From: Octopus sinensis | Taxonomy: Eukaryota | Reading direction: 5' to 3' | Assembly (NCBI RefSeq): GCF_006345805.1 | Contig: NC_043005.1 | Span: forward strand, 1,054,001-1,118,000 | Length of the DNA: 64,000 nt | Part shown: positions 24,578 through 38,116 of the stretch, one piece after another | How positions within the stretch are numbered: the stretch's first letter is position 1 | Layout: every line of letters starts with the position of its first letter | Program-made: the position numbers and the translations under genes | Notes under the pieces: generated by a model | The model's database searches: none | What the model saw: only the letters and a program-made list of their open reading frames with translations | Told to the model about the DNA's origin: nothing

Positions 24578-24805
24578 TTAACCGTTTAGCATTGAGATTA
24601 CTCAGTCAAATTCAATGCTTCTTTATTCACTTTGTTTTCAACTGATCCTGCATAATCCCATAACTTTGAGAGTTCAATGATGTGATTGATTAATTTTAGA
24701 ATGACATTGTAGGGTAAGCGTGAGAGGCTGGATCTGGTCAGTTTGAACTTATAATAAGTAGAATGCTTCGGTTTGATATGGCCAATCTAAATGCTGAAGG
24801 GTTAA
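24578..24805. mobile_element. TTAA-flanked MITE (piggyBac-like termini), 220 bp plus TSDs
   Basis: TTAA-ccgtttagcatt ... aatgctgaaggg-TTAA. TTAA at 24578-24581 and 24802-24805. Confidence 0.8.
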
Positions 24806-24849
24806 AACCATAAATTTATTGAGGAAAAGTACAGCTGATGGAATAGATA

Positions 24850-24950
24850 CCACTATACAGCTGGGTAGCTTTTAATTGGAACCAGGAAGATGAAAGGAAA
24901 AGTCAGCCCTAGCAAGATGAAAGGCAATAGCTCCTGTGAGATTTGAACTT
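24850..24950 (-). mobile_element. Decayed SINE family A fragment
   Basis: gaagatgaaaggaaaagtcagcc (duplicated aagatgaaagg) and agatttgaact (reverse-complement B-box). Confidence 0.55.
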
Positions 24951-25279
24951 ACAAAATAGGTGTTAACTAAATACAGAGAGGCATTTACTATGATATTTCA
25001 TTACTTTAACAATAACATTGATAACTAATAATGATTGCTTGTGTTTTCTTTTACAGTCATGGAACCGTTTATTTATTAGGATGAAAGGAAATGCAAAGTT
25101 GTATGTTCTTGGTTTGCAAACAACTTACAACTGTACATAGAAGAAAAACAGCAATAATTCAAAGTAACGCCTCAGTTGAAACAACACAGCAGGCTCAAAT
25201 AGGGAGTTAATTTGTTAAAAAGAGGGTAAGAACATATTTTGGGAACAGCTAAGAGTTGAGAAGGAGAGAGAGAGAAAAA

Positions 25280-25316
<37 letters not shown>

Positions 25317-26004
25317 GCACACACACACACACACATAAGATATCAAGAGTTTAGTGTGAAGAGGTACGGTTGGTGGGTGAATTGTAGTAGGCCTTGAATG
25401 GAGTAGGAGAAAGCCAGAGAAGTAAATGCTGCCAACATCTGGGTATCATTAGAGATTGAATGAACAATAAGATAGGAACCATTTCCTTTTATTGTTTTTT
25501 TAAAAGAGGTTTTGTTTCTTTGTTAAACACTTCCACATCCATTTAAACTTTGTTTACTTGTTTCTTTCTATGCCTCTGGTGGGTTCTGGTAAATCTGGAC
25601 ATTTTAAGCTTTTTTGCGCTCTCTCTCTCTCTCCCATACACACACACAAGAAAGAGATGATTTCATATTTTGATTCTCCAACACTGGAGTACTTTGGAAA
25701 TTTGCTGTGGTGCTTATTTTAGAGATGAGCTGACAGTGTTTAAAAGAACAATGTGATATTGTGAAAATCTAAGTGAATCCCCCACGTTACAATCTAGTGT
25801 AGAGACTGTTGATTCATTTACCATTCACACGATGTCTTTTTCACCAGACAAAATAATATTCATTTTGCAATTATGAATGGCCTATTGTTTCTTCCATCTG
25901 AATCTACAAATTGTTGCTTACAAAATGGACTATTAATTATATCACTGTGTCTAATTGTACTGCAACATGTGGTAGTTATTGGGTCAGTAGAAAAATCCTC
26001 CAAG

Positions 26005-26182
26005 AATCCATAAAAGTTTCCAAATCACTACCAAAATTTCATCATCTGTTCCTTGTGTCATTACCAACTTTTCCTGCAAGTTTCATCAAATACCGTTCGC
26101 AACCTTTTGAGTTATTTTGCAGACAGACAGACGGACAAACCAACACCAATGAAAACATAACCTCCTTCCTTGGTGGAGGGAA
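26005..26182 (-). mobile_element. Helentron-associated (HINE/DINE-1-like) non-autonomous element end
   Basis: aagtttcatcaaat...cagacagacagacggacaaaccaac...aaaacataacctccttccttggtggagg: a GTCT-type microsatellite plus a terminal hairpin, recognised from family architecture only. Confidence 0.5.
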
Positions 26183-28804
26183 CGAAACTAAGCAGTCGGA
26201 ATGTCTTTTAGTAATCAAGTCATTTCCTCTCAAACAAATAAGAATGAGGGAATCTCTATATGACTTTTGTTTTAGCTTGTTAAATATCCTCCAAATCACT
26301 ATTTATTGCCTTTCAAAAAATAGGACAAAACTGATGAAGAAGACAAAAATTGGGAGAATCACAGTTAGTAGATCTTTGTTCTTAAATTTGACTAAACTGA
26401 GCTGATTAGGGCTTCAAGAACAAGTTGCTTTCCTTTATTTTTTCTTTGATGGCAAGTCTGTTTCTCTAAGAAGGAAGTGTGATCCACCAGCTTAAACTGA
26501 AGAATATAGTATCAATATTTAGCCTGCTTCTATCTAAGTGAAACCCAAGCAGCACTGAAGCAGAAAAGGGAAAGACATTTACGTCTGAAATCATAATCCT
26601 TCAGGATCATTCTTAAACTGAGGCATATAAAGACTGAAAGCTTTAAACTGGTTCTTTCCTGTGAGAACATTTTTTCTTATTATTACTAATTCTTTTATTG
26701 ATAGCACTTGGCCTGTGTAAATAGAATTAATAGCTACACAAATACAAAACCCCTTTTGTTAGAATAGAGTTTTAACAGCAAAAGATACTTGTGGAAATAA
26801 TGAGTATGTGTTGTGTAAGGAAAAGAAAAATGTTTCTTATTGTTAACTTGGAAAATTAGTAAATAATTCAAGACAATGACAACAGCATCATGAACAAGAA
26901 CAACATTGGCACAAACAAAATAACTTGTATTCGTCCAATGAAAAAATGTTGTTTTGTGAAGCTACACAAAATTAAACTCTTGTCCAAATGACTGGTTATT
27001 TCTAATAAGCCCAGCATCTGATGTAGGCTTGCATTTAGAAACTACTAGACATTTATAGAACAAGAACTACTGAAAATTTAAAGTAGCTGTTTGTGAGCTG
27101 CTGCCACCACCACCCTCCTCAATATCATATAACAAATCATTCTTCTGAAGAGTAAGGCAATTTCTAGAATACATTGATATATTTAAATACCAATTCTTTT
27201 CAAGACTCATTTGGGTGTTTTAATTGTTCACACAAATTAATAAGCTATTACTGAATGTTGTTGTGATGGATGCAGCTAATTTCCACTTGCAAACAGCCAA
27301 TTCCTAAGACTTTTGCAACAATGTCTCTTGCTATAAATTTTATAATTGATCAGAATAATTTATTTTTAACTTAATTATGACTCACAGTTATAAAATTTAA
27401 TAAAAAAAAAAAAAGGGGAAAAACCAGTGATTAGAACAGTTCAATAAATGAACACTGAGAAAACGTTTTATCACTGAAAAGGTAATTAAATAGATTGAAT
27501 AATATTAATAAATAAATTGAGGCAAAATATTTCACAAATCCAGTAGATGGCATTTTCATGGATTTCTTTGTATTTCTAAGATTTTACATCTGTGTCATAA
27601 TTCTTATTAATATTAAATCAGAATTGTGGTGGAGCTAAAACAATATACTTATATATTATAAGTACTCTTACGTGAGTAACATATAAATATTAATTTGCTG
27701 TTAATCAATTAAGGGATAATGATATATTTAATTAGGGAAATATTTCATTGGAGTCAAAATCAACATTTTTGTTTGTCCAACACTTCAAGAATTTTTGCAT
27801 GTGTATGTAGGTATATGTATATCTGTAAGCATGCAAACAGGTGTATAAGCTATTGATGCTTATAAAAAAAACATTTCAAGTTACATTGGATAGTTTCGAA
27901 AATGAAGCCAAACGTTGTCAGTGAAAATATGAAACCTGAACAGACATGGAATATTTCCTCAGTATAGGGAGACTGATGAAAATAAATCTCTGCCTGGTTG
28001 AGGGGATTCTGTGTGTTAGGCACAGTGGTCAGCTTCACTGGTCAGTATTAAAAATTGGCTTGAAATGAGAAAGATCCTAAGTTCCATTCCTATCATAAAG
28101 TAGAAGTGAAACAAAAGGACTGAGAACCTTTGCTATGCCATTGTCATCAGAATGAAGGTCACTTTATAGGTTCATATAGATTGTGAGTTTAAATTTTTTC
28201 TGTTCTGCTGCCTATCAGAGCAGATGGGCAACCAATGTATCTTACAATTCACATAAATATACATATTGATGAGTTGGTTTTACAATTTGTTTGTCATCAG
28301 TGCAGCTGGAGCAAATCTTCAAAACTCGTTTATTTTTGGTGCTGTAAAACTAACTGTAAGAATACACTTAGACGCTTTGTGCAGTTAAAGCACAAAATCT
28401 TTGATTCAGACTTTTCAGTTTATGGTATTTACTGGCTCTGATTCTTTTAGTGAAATGAGACAATTATATATATTTTTTATATTGGTTCAAAGTACATGTG
28501 TATCATCGTGTTACTTTTTAGGATCCTAATCTATTCAAGTCTGCCATTTTTAAAAAATATTATTCATTCACAAAATTACAAATAATTGTTTATGACAAAA
28601 CTTAGTTAAGAGACTTAACAAAAGTAAAAGGATACAAAAACAACTATGAAAAATATTATAAAAGAAAATCAGGAACATTTTTTGAACAGTTTTTTTTAAA
28701 AAATGATCATTTTAGAAGAAAGAAACTTAATTGGATACATAAACCTTCCTTTCTGAGATTAAAGTATTGGAGAAATCTGAACTTTAACCCTCTAAATCTG
28801 AACT

Positions 28805-29898
28805 TTGACCCTCTGGCATTTAAACTGACAATTCCTGACTCAAACATTCTTCCAGCTCCATGCTAAAACTGGACAAATCCAGCCTCGACATTCTAAAAAT
28901 ATACAATCACATCATCAAAATCTCAAAGCTATGAGATAATCAATGATTAATTCAAGGAATGAAGCCAATATGCTTCGCTGGATGTGTAAAGCCAGTGTGC
29001 ATACTCGACAGAGTGTAAGCGCCCTGAGCGAAAAGCTGGACTTAAGAAGCATCAGATGTGGTGTGCAAGAGAGACGACTGTACTGGTATGCTCATGTGTT
29101 GTGTATGGATGAGGACAGCTGGGTGAAAAAGTGTCACACCCTAATAGCGGGGGGGGGGGACCTGTGGAAGGGGCAGACCCAGAAAGACCTGGGATGAGGT
29201 GGTGAAGCATGACCTTTGAACATTGGGCCTCACTGGGGCTATGACAAATGACCGAAACCTTTGGCGATATGCTGTGCTTGAGAAGACCTGGCAAGCCAAG
29301 TGAGACCATAACCGTGGCCTATGCCAGTGCTGTATAACCAGCTCATTTAAGAGTACCCTTCAATCATTGGACAACAAACTATATTTGCGAAGACCTGTTG
29401 AGGCAAGTGAAATCGCTGTTGTGGCTGATGACAGTACCACCTGATTGGCACCTGTGCCAGTGGAACGTTAAAAGCACCATTTGAGCGTAATTGTTGCCAG
29501 GGCCGCTGACTGGTTCCCATGCCAGTAGCATGTAAAAAAAGCACCATTCAAGCGTGGTCGTTGCCAGTGCCACCAGATTGGCTCCTGTGCAGGTGGCACA
29601 TAAAAAGCACCATTTGAATATGGCTGATGCCTGTACCGCCTGATTGGCCCTTGTGCTGGTGGCACGTAGAAGCACCCACTACACTCTCAGAGTGGTTGGC
29701 GTTAGGAAGGGCATCCAGCTGTAGAAACATTGCCAGATCAGCTTGGAGACTGGTGCAGCCTTCTGGCTCGCCAGTCCTCAGTCAAACCGTGCAACCCATG
29801 CCAGCATGCAAAGCGGGCATTAAACGATGATGATGATGATGATAATGAATGTGAATGAACAAGCATCACATTAAACAGAATTATCTGAATGCTAAAGG
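28805..29898. mobile_element. Second copy of the TTAA MITE (opposite orientation) split by an RTE insertion
   Basis: 28805-28955 and 29848-29898 are the two halves of the reverse complement of 24582-24801. Confidence 0.75.
28956..29843 (+). mobile_element. 5'-truncated RTE LINE (ORF2 tail, 3' UTR with subrepeats, (ATG)n)
   Basis: RNEANMLRWMC..SIRCGVQERRL..VKKCHTL, then gacctgggatgaggtggtgaagcatgacc and the tail aaacgatgatgatg. Confidence 0.93.
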
Positions 29899-31497
29899 AT
29901 ACGAATGATGCTGGTTACATGAAATGAAATAAAAGAGCATATTGTAAAACACTGAAAAAAATTTATCTCCACAAAATGTAATTAAAGAACCCTTAATAGT
30001 GATTAAATCAATAATCCAGATGTAAAATTTACTAACATATCCTTATAAACAGAAGAGCTTCTTTGAAGTCTTACTTTTCAGAAGCATTTACAGCGGGTTT
30101 GATTATTTCTAAATTAATACCTGTGAAATTGTAAATTTTAATGCATTATATTACAGTTGACATTTAGGTAGTTGCTACATTATTACCGATTCCAACTGCA
30201 ATAACTGCTTCTCACTCTCATTCCACAGCTGTGTGTAGAGTTACATAAATGGATACTGATAGAAACATGTATGTCAAACCATAAATTCTTCAATTACAAA
30301 TGCCATCACATCTTCAATCTGTCCACAATATAAACTGGAGCATCTCTCAATCAATTTAATAGTATCTTACAAAGAAAGAACTACTTGTATTATTCAGGGA
30401 GTGCAAAGGGTCCAATTTTAAATAGAGTATAATCTTTAAATTTTCGAATTTGACATTATGGAAGATAAATTCAAAACATCAAACAAAGGGATTTCTAATG
30501 TGAACACAAACATCAAAATTTATCTCAATATTACTTTTTAACCATTGAAAATAGATGAAATTTGCCTTAGGCCTCAGCAGCATGTTTTAGAGATAGGAAC
30601 CGTAAAAATCCAATTTCAAAATTGTCTGCACCCAATCTCCTTATAGTAAAGATCCTATGGATATTTTTTTAATTTTTGCTAGCAGACAAATCTTGTTTGA
30701 ATTTCTAAGGCTTAGAATAACAGCATACACACTGTGAAAGAAAGGAATTCTTAAAGGATAGGAAAGGGACTCTGTTTCTTGCAATGTGAGTGGAAGCTAA
30801 TGAGAACACAAGTAATCTATTGGGTTGAAAAACACCTATATTAGTAACATAGCTCCTGACCTACAGTGTCTACTACTACTACTACTACTACTACTACTTG
30901 TAATAACTTGCAAGTTATTAGCTCTTTGGAAATATTACAGCAATGGGGGTAAGACTATCTTTATGGTTATGTGTGTATGCGTTTAAGAGCATCTTCACAG
31001 TTCTGAGCTAGATACTTGTGTGAATATATACAAATGCAAATAGTAGGAAGAAGAGATGAAAGTGTGTGTGTGTGTGTTTAGTTTTAATCTCCCAGAACCC
31101 ATAACACCCAAATCCCCCACCCCCATCCTCTAGTATTCCGGCAAGAAAGTAGAAGCATCGGGGACAGCGACTCCATCTGATTTTCTCCACCCCTGCTATT
31201 ACAGCATGAGACTAAACTAAGTAAATAAGTAAGAAATAGGGTTCAGTCGGCTGTACTCTAAAAAAAAAAAATTTAAAAAAAAGACAAGCAGGGGGGAAGA
31301 AAGAGCAAAATAAATATCACAGGGAAGAACTGTCAGGGTTGTTATGATTGTGGATAGCAAGGATAGAAGGAGATTGCAGACTCAGAGAAGTTGTTGCCTT
31401 GTTTCTCTTAACAGAAATCATCATTATCACCATTATTATTATTATCAGTAGTATCATTATTATTATTATTGTTATTATTATTATTATTATTATCATC

Positions 31498-32345
31498 AAG
31501 GTGGTGAGCTGGCAGAATTGTAACTGTGCCAGAGAAAATAGCATCATTTCTTCTGTTCAAATTGTAAGTCCGAAGTTTGAATCCGCTGTAGATGACTTTG
31601 CCTTTCATCCTTTTGGGGGTTGATAACATAAGTACCAGTTGAATACTGGGGTTAATATGATCCACGTACCCCCTCACCTGAAACTGTTAGCTTTGTGTTA
31701 AAAATTGAAACCATCATCATCATCATCATCATTATTAAGGCAGCAAGCTGGCAGAATCATCAGCATGCTAAATGAAATGCTTAGTGGTATTTTGCCTGTC
31801 GCTACATTCTGAGTTCAAATTCTGCCGAGGTAGACTTTGCCTTTTATCCTTTCGGGGTTGATGAAGTAAGTAGCAGTTGAGTACTGGGGTCTATGTAATT
31901 GACTATTCCCCTCCCCCAAATTTCAGGTTTTGTGTCTATAGTAGAAAGGATTTTTATTATTGTTATTATTATTATTAAAAGGCAGCGAGCCGGCAGAATT
32001 GTTACTGTTCACGTAAAAATGCTTAGTTACATTTTGTTTGTCTTTACGCTATGAGTTCAACTTTGCTTTTCATCCTGGGGGGGGGGGTCAATAAAATAAG
32101 TACCAGTTGGACACTGGGGTCAATGCAATCAACTATCCCCTACCCACAAATTCCAGGCATTGTGCTTATAGTAGAAAGGATTATTATTATTGATAGTATT
32201 AGTAGTAAGGCAGTGAACTGGCAGAATCATTTGCATGCCAGGAAAAGTGCTTAGTGGCATTTCTTCCAGGAATTTATATTTTGAGTTCAAATACCAGCAA
32301 AATCAGCTTTACTTTCCATCCCTCCAGGATTGATAAGGTATAGAG
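31498..32345 (+). mobile_element. Head-to-tail array of four family A SINEs
   Basis: Heads aaggc/tg..gc/aactggcagaat at 31498, 31737, 31979 and 32207. Each has a B-box and core. Spacers are (ATT)/(CAT)n tails. Confidence 0.88.
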
Positions 32346-32399
32346 TTCAATATCCACCAATCCCTTCTTTTTAATATTGCTAGCTTTAAGGCTTTAGCT

Positions 32400-35093
32400 G
32401 TAGAAAGAAAGAAAATAGAGGGAGATTTAGTTACAAATCTAGACGAGGCTCTTAAGGACAGGCATCACGACTGACGTGTTGGCAGTGATGTTGGCCCTCA
32501 ACCAACATTTCAACGGCAAACATGAGGGCTGCATTGTAAGAGCTAAGGCATGTTCAGTAAATGGGGAGGGGACTAAGGCCAGTCAATGGGTCCACATGGT
32601 GGAGGCCAAGCAAAGCAACAAGGTGATTATTCGGTCTTTGGTGGACCAGCACTTTATTTGACTGTTTGGGACAAGCAGTGGAACAGACAATGGGGCAGAC
32701 TTCAGTGTGTACCTGGATGGCCTGCTGTGACTCTCAGTGAACGAGGCAGAGTGCTGTGAAAGACTGATAACTGCCTGGGAAGTACAAGAAGCGATGAAAA
32801 GCTGCATGAGAAGTAGATCGCCGGGTTTGGATGGTCTGCCCTACAAGGTTTACATTTCAATGCTAGACTTGTATGTGGGCCTCTCAGCGGATGTCTACTG
32901 CAGCTAGCAACAAAACAAAAATTCTTGCTTTTGTTTGTTGAAGGGTGGTGGCACTGCTGAGAAAGGACCCAAACAAGGGGAATGTGATAGAAAATTTCAG
33001 GCCCATCACTCTGCTCAATGCAGTGTTGAAGATTTTGGACATGGTATTAGCCAAGATGTTGGCGCTTGTCATGGACAAGCTGATTGGCAAGGTGCAAACA
33101 TGCGCCATCCTGACCAGGTCTATCCAAGACAACCTCCATCTCATGAGCTACAACATAGAGAGGGTGGGTAACAAAGCTGGCACGGGTGAGGCTTTGATCA
33201 ATTTAGATCAATCTAAAGACTTTGATAGGGTCGACCATCGATACTTGGCAGCTGGTTTTGGTCCAGTCTTCCGCGGGTGGATTGCTGCTTTGTACAGTGG
33301 CATCTGTTCAGTTATACGGGTGAACAGTTACCTGTTGGAGCCGTTCAGCATCTTGTGTTCAGTCTTCCAAGGATGCCCTCTCTTCTCCCTTCTCTACATG
33401 TTGACTCTCAAACCATTACTGCAGAAGTTGGAGGCTTTGAAGAGTGTCCCACATAATCTAAGATGTGGCAAGAGTGTGTCTGCCTACACCAATGACATCA
33501 CCGTGATGGTGTCAAACCACAGGCATAGCGACCTGATTGGTGAGACACAAAGCAAGTACAAAGTGGTGACAGGTGCAAAAATTAACACGGACAAGTTGGT
33601 GGGCTTGCCACTCAGCACTTGGAGAGGCAAGTCCATGCCGTCCAACAGCCTCATGGGATGCTGGACAGACAGTCCCGTTAAATTGCTTGGGGTCTGGTTC
33701 GGTCCGCACTTCCAGGTGGAAAAAAACTGGGACGAGGTGACAAACAGGGTGGCCAATCTCACCCAGAAATGGGCTGAGAGGAAGCTGTCTTTGTAAGGTT
33801 GAGTCATGGTGGCGTATGCACACATTCCATTGGTCATCTATTACTGCTTGACCGTCGTCCCTTGTCCTGACTACTGGTTGACCAAACTGGTGTGCTTACT
33901 CTTCTGTTTTCTGTGGAAGGGGCAGGTACCACTGGTCAGGCACTCCATCTGCTGTCAACAGCTGCTGAACAGAGGCCTTGGCATGCCGTGGTTACTAATG
34001 TGCAGACATGTGGTCAGGCTACAGCATCTCAAGTGTTTCCTGGACGGTGAGCAGGTGTGGTCACCGTTCATAAAACTCGCCTTTCCACAGCTTGTCTCTT
34101 TGACTGAGCTGCAATCTTGGATCAAACATAGACCTAGAAAGGGCACTTGGCACCTCAAGTGCCATCAAGCACTCACTACCCTCTGCCAGGCGGGCAATGT
34201 GATCGGTAGTAATTCCACTCTAAGAGTTCTATGGAGGGTTAGTGGAGGAAAAGTGTGATGACATTCTTGGAGAAACTCTAGGCGTTGACAATTATCAACT
34301 AAGCAGTCTGTTTGGGAGAACTTTCAGGTCGGAGCCCATAGATAACTTCCAGAAGTCCTTCACCTGGTAGTGCTAAAGAGGGGTGCTGCCTGTTTGGGAT
34401 AAACTTTGCAGGCACGGAAGTGCCATCAGCTGGGCCTGCCTGAGGTGTACTCAGAACAACGAAACCATTCTGCAAGCACTTGTTCAGTGCTGAAGTATTG
34501 CTGACCTGTGGGTTTATGTCGAACAGTTGCTGTCGTGTGTAGGACAGATCTGGCTATCAGCTGAATCCATAGTGAAGATTGCCCTGCCAACTCACTTTAA
34601 CTGGGAGGGGAAGACCATTTTCATTTGTCTGGTGGTTGTAACAAAAGGGGTAGTATGGTGGACCCGTTTGAAAGGGCTAAAGTCAGACACTTTCCTCTTT
34701 GGCCAAGGTCTCATCAACTTTTCCAAGTTCCACTTGAAAAGGAAGGTGAGAGTAGAGTGGAGGGAAGTGTTGTCTTTTAGCAAATTTGTTGAAAGGTGGG
34801 TGAAGGTCAGAACAATGGCCAATATGGATGGACCAATTCTGGGATTACACCTATAAAAAAAGAAAGGTATAAAAGGGAGAAAGGGCTTTTGCCCTGTTGA
34901 CCAGGCACCTATGGCTTTTCTGGGATTTTTTCCACAAGTAACCTTCAAAGTGCTTCCCCCTATTGGGAGTATTGTTATATTATTTTCATTATCAAATATT
35001 TACATGGACCTTTTTTGCAAGACCCTTTGTTTATTGTCTTGTGTTGTCCTTTAATGTTTCTGATTTATATTAGTCCTTGTGGCCAATAAAAAT
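32400..35093 (+). mobile_element. Decayed 5'-truncated L1/Tx1-clade LINE
   Basis: PGLDGLP, NFRPITLLN, LDQSKDFDRVDH, QGCPLFSLLY, AYTNDIT (degenerate YADD), VKLLGVWFG, a Cys/His-rich C-terminal region, and AATAAA followed by (ATT)n. Several stops and frameshifts. Confidence 0.9.
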
Positions 35094-35141
35094 TTATTAT
35101 TACTATTATTATTATTATTATTACTATTATTATTATTACTA
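35094..35141. repeat. (ATT/ACT)n microsatellite between two convergent LINE 3' ends
   Basis: Direct reading. Confidence 0.9.
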
Positions 35142-35440
35142 GTGATTTGACTCAGGTTCGTTCTTATTCCTGGCAGGATTTATGTGGGTAGCGGGTTACT
35201 ACCTGGGTAACCTTAGGCATCCACAAGCTTTCAATAGTCTTTCAAGTGTTTAAGACCTTCCTGATAATCTTTTCTGTTCCTAAGAGGAATATTTTCTGTA
35301 GAAGTTCTACAGAGCATTCTGTTCCAATTCCTTCAGTCATTTGTTTACATCTTTACCTACAATTCCAATGCACCATTTATTACAGGCACAATCTTTACAG
35401 TTCTCATATTCCAAATTCTTACAATTTCAAATTTTAAAGG
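35142..35440 (-). mobile_element. R4/Dong-type (restriction-like endonuclease) LINE 3' fragment
   Basis: Frameshifted LKFEIVRIWNMRTVKIVPVINGAL / GIVGK / SVELLQKIFLLGTEKIIRKVL* matches the RLE C-terminus of R4-clade elements. Ends in (TAA)n on the minus strand. Confidence 0.75.
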
Positions 35441-35505
35441 TTGTATTTTTTTGACTTTTATTCTTATTTTGTATCATGATCATCATCATCAAGAAGAAGA
35501 AGAAG

Positions 35506-35745
35506 TAGGCAGCGGCAGTTATCCTGTAGAACCACTGGCACTGTAAGCAAAATGTTTAGTGACGTTTTGTTTGTCTTTAGGTCCAAAGTTCAAATTCTGC
35601 CAAGGATGACTTTGCCTTTCATCCGTTTGGGGGCTAATGAAATGAGTACCAGGCAAGTACTGGGGGTGGGGTGTCAATATAATCAACTAGCACCCCCCCT
35701 CTCATAAAATTCCATGCCTATAGTATAAAGGATTATAATTATTAC
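35506..35745 (+). mobile_element. tRNA-derived SINE, family A
   Basis: B-box aagttcaaattctgcc, core gactttgcctttcatccgtttgggg, tail tatagtataaaggattat. Confidence 0.8.
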
Positions 35746-36239
35746 TAGACTGTTTTTAACCTTTAAGGCACTGATAATACTAACTGCAGTCACATAGCGG
35801 GTAGGGGTTGATTCAGTAAGCTATTTGTTGCACTCAACCAAGGGGCTCAATACAGTTCAAATTACTATTCTATGAAACGTCTGTTATGCTTGAGCAACAA
35901 ATATTTTGATCCTGTTTTACGACAACTTGGCCTTCAACTGAAAAACTGTGAACTGATGTAAACAGTTTTGAAAGTTTCTCATTTCTAGATCTTTACCACC
36001 AAACGATCAATGTATAAAACCTATTCTCATTATTGCATATGTCTTATGTTTTTTTTTTTATTACACTCAATGTGCTGGATGTATTTTGGGACTTGCATAA
36101 TTTTCTTCCAACTGTTGCATTTGATCTTTATAGAGTTTTCTGCTTTTAGCTTTTATTATTTATCTTTCCCTCTTTAATGCAGCCATAACTGACCAGATTG
36201 TAGCTCATAAACATGTTTATTATAATACTACTATTTTAT

Positions 36240-36505
36240 CAAATTAACAAGATTATCCACCATCTTTTCAACAACCTTTTTGAATTCCATGACAAACACT
36301 TGCAGACATGCTGATAAAATCAAAAAACAACTCAGCACTCATGACTTTCAGAAACACTTTTTCACGTTCAGAATTCCTGAAGCATGGAATAAACTATTCA
36401 CATCAGTTGTTAACTGTCGAGACACTACATCCTTCAAAACTTCCATGCTTCCTGAAATCCGCCACCAGTACACCTGAGCACTGTATACGACAATTTCCTT
36501 CACTA
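36240..36505 (+). pseudogene. CR1/L2-group LINE ORF2 3' end relic
   Basis: KHFFTFRIPEAWNKLFTSVVNC..TSFK matches the FFxxRVxxxWNxLP motif. Confidence 0.75.
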
Positions 36506-36507
36506 TA

Positions 36508-37670
36508 TCATCATCATCATTGTTTAATGTCTGCTTTCTATGCTGGCATGGGTTGGACGATTTGACTGAGGACTGGTGAACCAGATGGCTACAACAGGAT
36601 CCAATCTGATCTGGCAGAGTTTCTACAGCTGGATGCCCTTCCTAACACCAACCATTCCGAGAGTGTAGTGGGTGCTTTTATGTGTCACTGGCACAAGGGC
36701 CAGACAGGTGGTACTGGCAATGGCCACACTCAAATGGTGTTTTTACATGCCACTTGCACAGGAGCCAGTCCAGCGGTACTGGCAATGACCTAGCTTGAAT
36801 ATTTTTCCACATGCAAGTAAGGCGACGCTAGAAACAATCATGCTTGAATGATACTTTTTACATGCCACCGGCACAGAAGCCAGTCAGCTGCTCTGGCAAT
36901 GATCACGCTCAGATGGTACTCTTAGCGCTCCACTAGCACAGATGCCAGTCATCGAATTTGATTTCGATTTTGATTTCACTTGCCTCAACATGTCTTCGCA
37001 AGCAGAGTTTAGTGTCCAATGAAGGAAAAGTATGCATAAGTGGGCTGGTTACACCCCTGGCATGGGTCACGAGATTATGGTCTCACTTGGCCTGCTGGGT
37101 CTTCTCAAGCACAGCATATTTCCAAAGGTCTCGGTCACTAGCCCTTGCCTTGGTGAGGTCTAATGTTTGAAGGTCATGCTTCACTACTTCATCCCAGGTC
37201 TTCCTGGGTCTACCTCTTCCACAGGTTCCCCCAACCACTAGGGTGTGGTACTTTTTCACACAGCTCTCCTCATCCAGTCTCACCACATGACCATACCAGC
37301 GCAGTTGTCTCTCTTGCACACCACATCTGATACTATTTAAGTCCAACTTTTCTCTCAAGGTTCTTACACTCTGTCGAGTATGAACACTGACATTACACAT
37401 CCATCAGATCATACTGGCTTCATTCCTTGTGAGCTTACGTATATCCTCAGCAGTCACAGCCCATGTTTCACTGCCATGTAGCATGGCTGTTCGTACACAT
37501 GCATCATACAGTCTACCTTTTACTCCGAGCGAGAGGCCCTTTGTCACCAGTAAAGGTAAGAGCTCTCTGAACTTTGCCCAGGCTATTCTTATCAGCTACA
37601 CTTTCAGTGCACCCCGCTGCTACTGACTTGGTCACCTAAGTAACGGAAGCTATCAACTACTTCTAGTTAT
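36508..37670 (-). mobile_element. 5'-truncated RTE LINE
   Basis: VVDSFRYLGDQV..AWAKFRELLPLL..GSETWAV..GRGRPRKTWDEVVKHDL, then the subrepeat UTR and (ATG)n tail. Confidence 0.93.
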
Positions 37671-38116
37671 CTTCCCTGGAATGTGACAGTTGTTCTCTGC
37701 ACATTTTCAGTGTTCATTGCTCCTGAGCATCTGGCACATAAAAAAAAAACTATCTTCACAATTTGTAAAATAATACTTTGGTTATTTCTGGTTACGCAGA
37801 CACACAAACACACAGTCTCATACAGGTACGTACACATACAAACACACACAGTCTCATAGTTACACGTACATATACAAATGCACTTAAACACACAGCCTCG
37901 TACCGTTACATGCACGCAAACACACACACACACCAAATCAGCATCATATTTTTAATTTACTTATTTTTATTATTGGAACATTAAGGCTGAGGGAGGAGGA
38001 AGGTGACTAAAGCAGACTGACATTGTCAGTCTCATAATGGAGGAGAAGAAGGGTATAGCGAGTGAGTAAAAGGGACTGACACGTGTCCCACAAAATCGAT
38101 TTTATCTCTATAGATG

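Noticed and set aside
25124-25160. Minus-strand tttttcttctatgtacag-TT-gtaagt (2-nt microexon or recursive site), and a similar 7-nt case near 8790
   Set aside because: Not an AG|GT recursive site, and such tiny exons cannot be supported without reads; expected by chance in AT-rich DNA.
35070-35100. Resemblance of the Tx1 3' end (ccttgtggcc-aataaaaa-tttattatt) to the family A SINE tail
   Set aside because: Only about 8 nt of non-simple sequence match, not distinguishable from chance.
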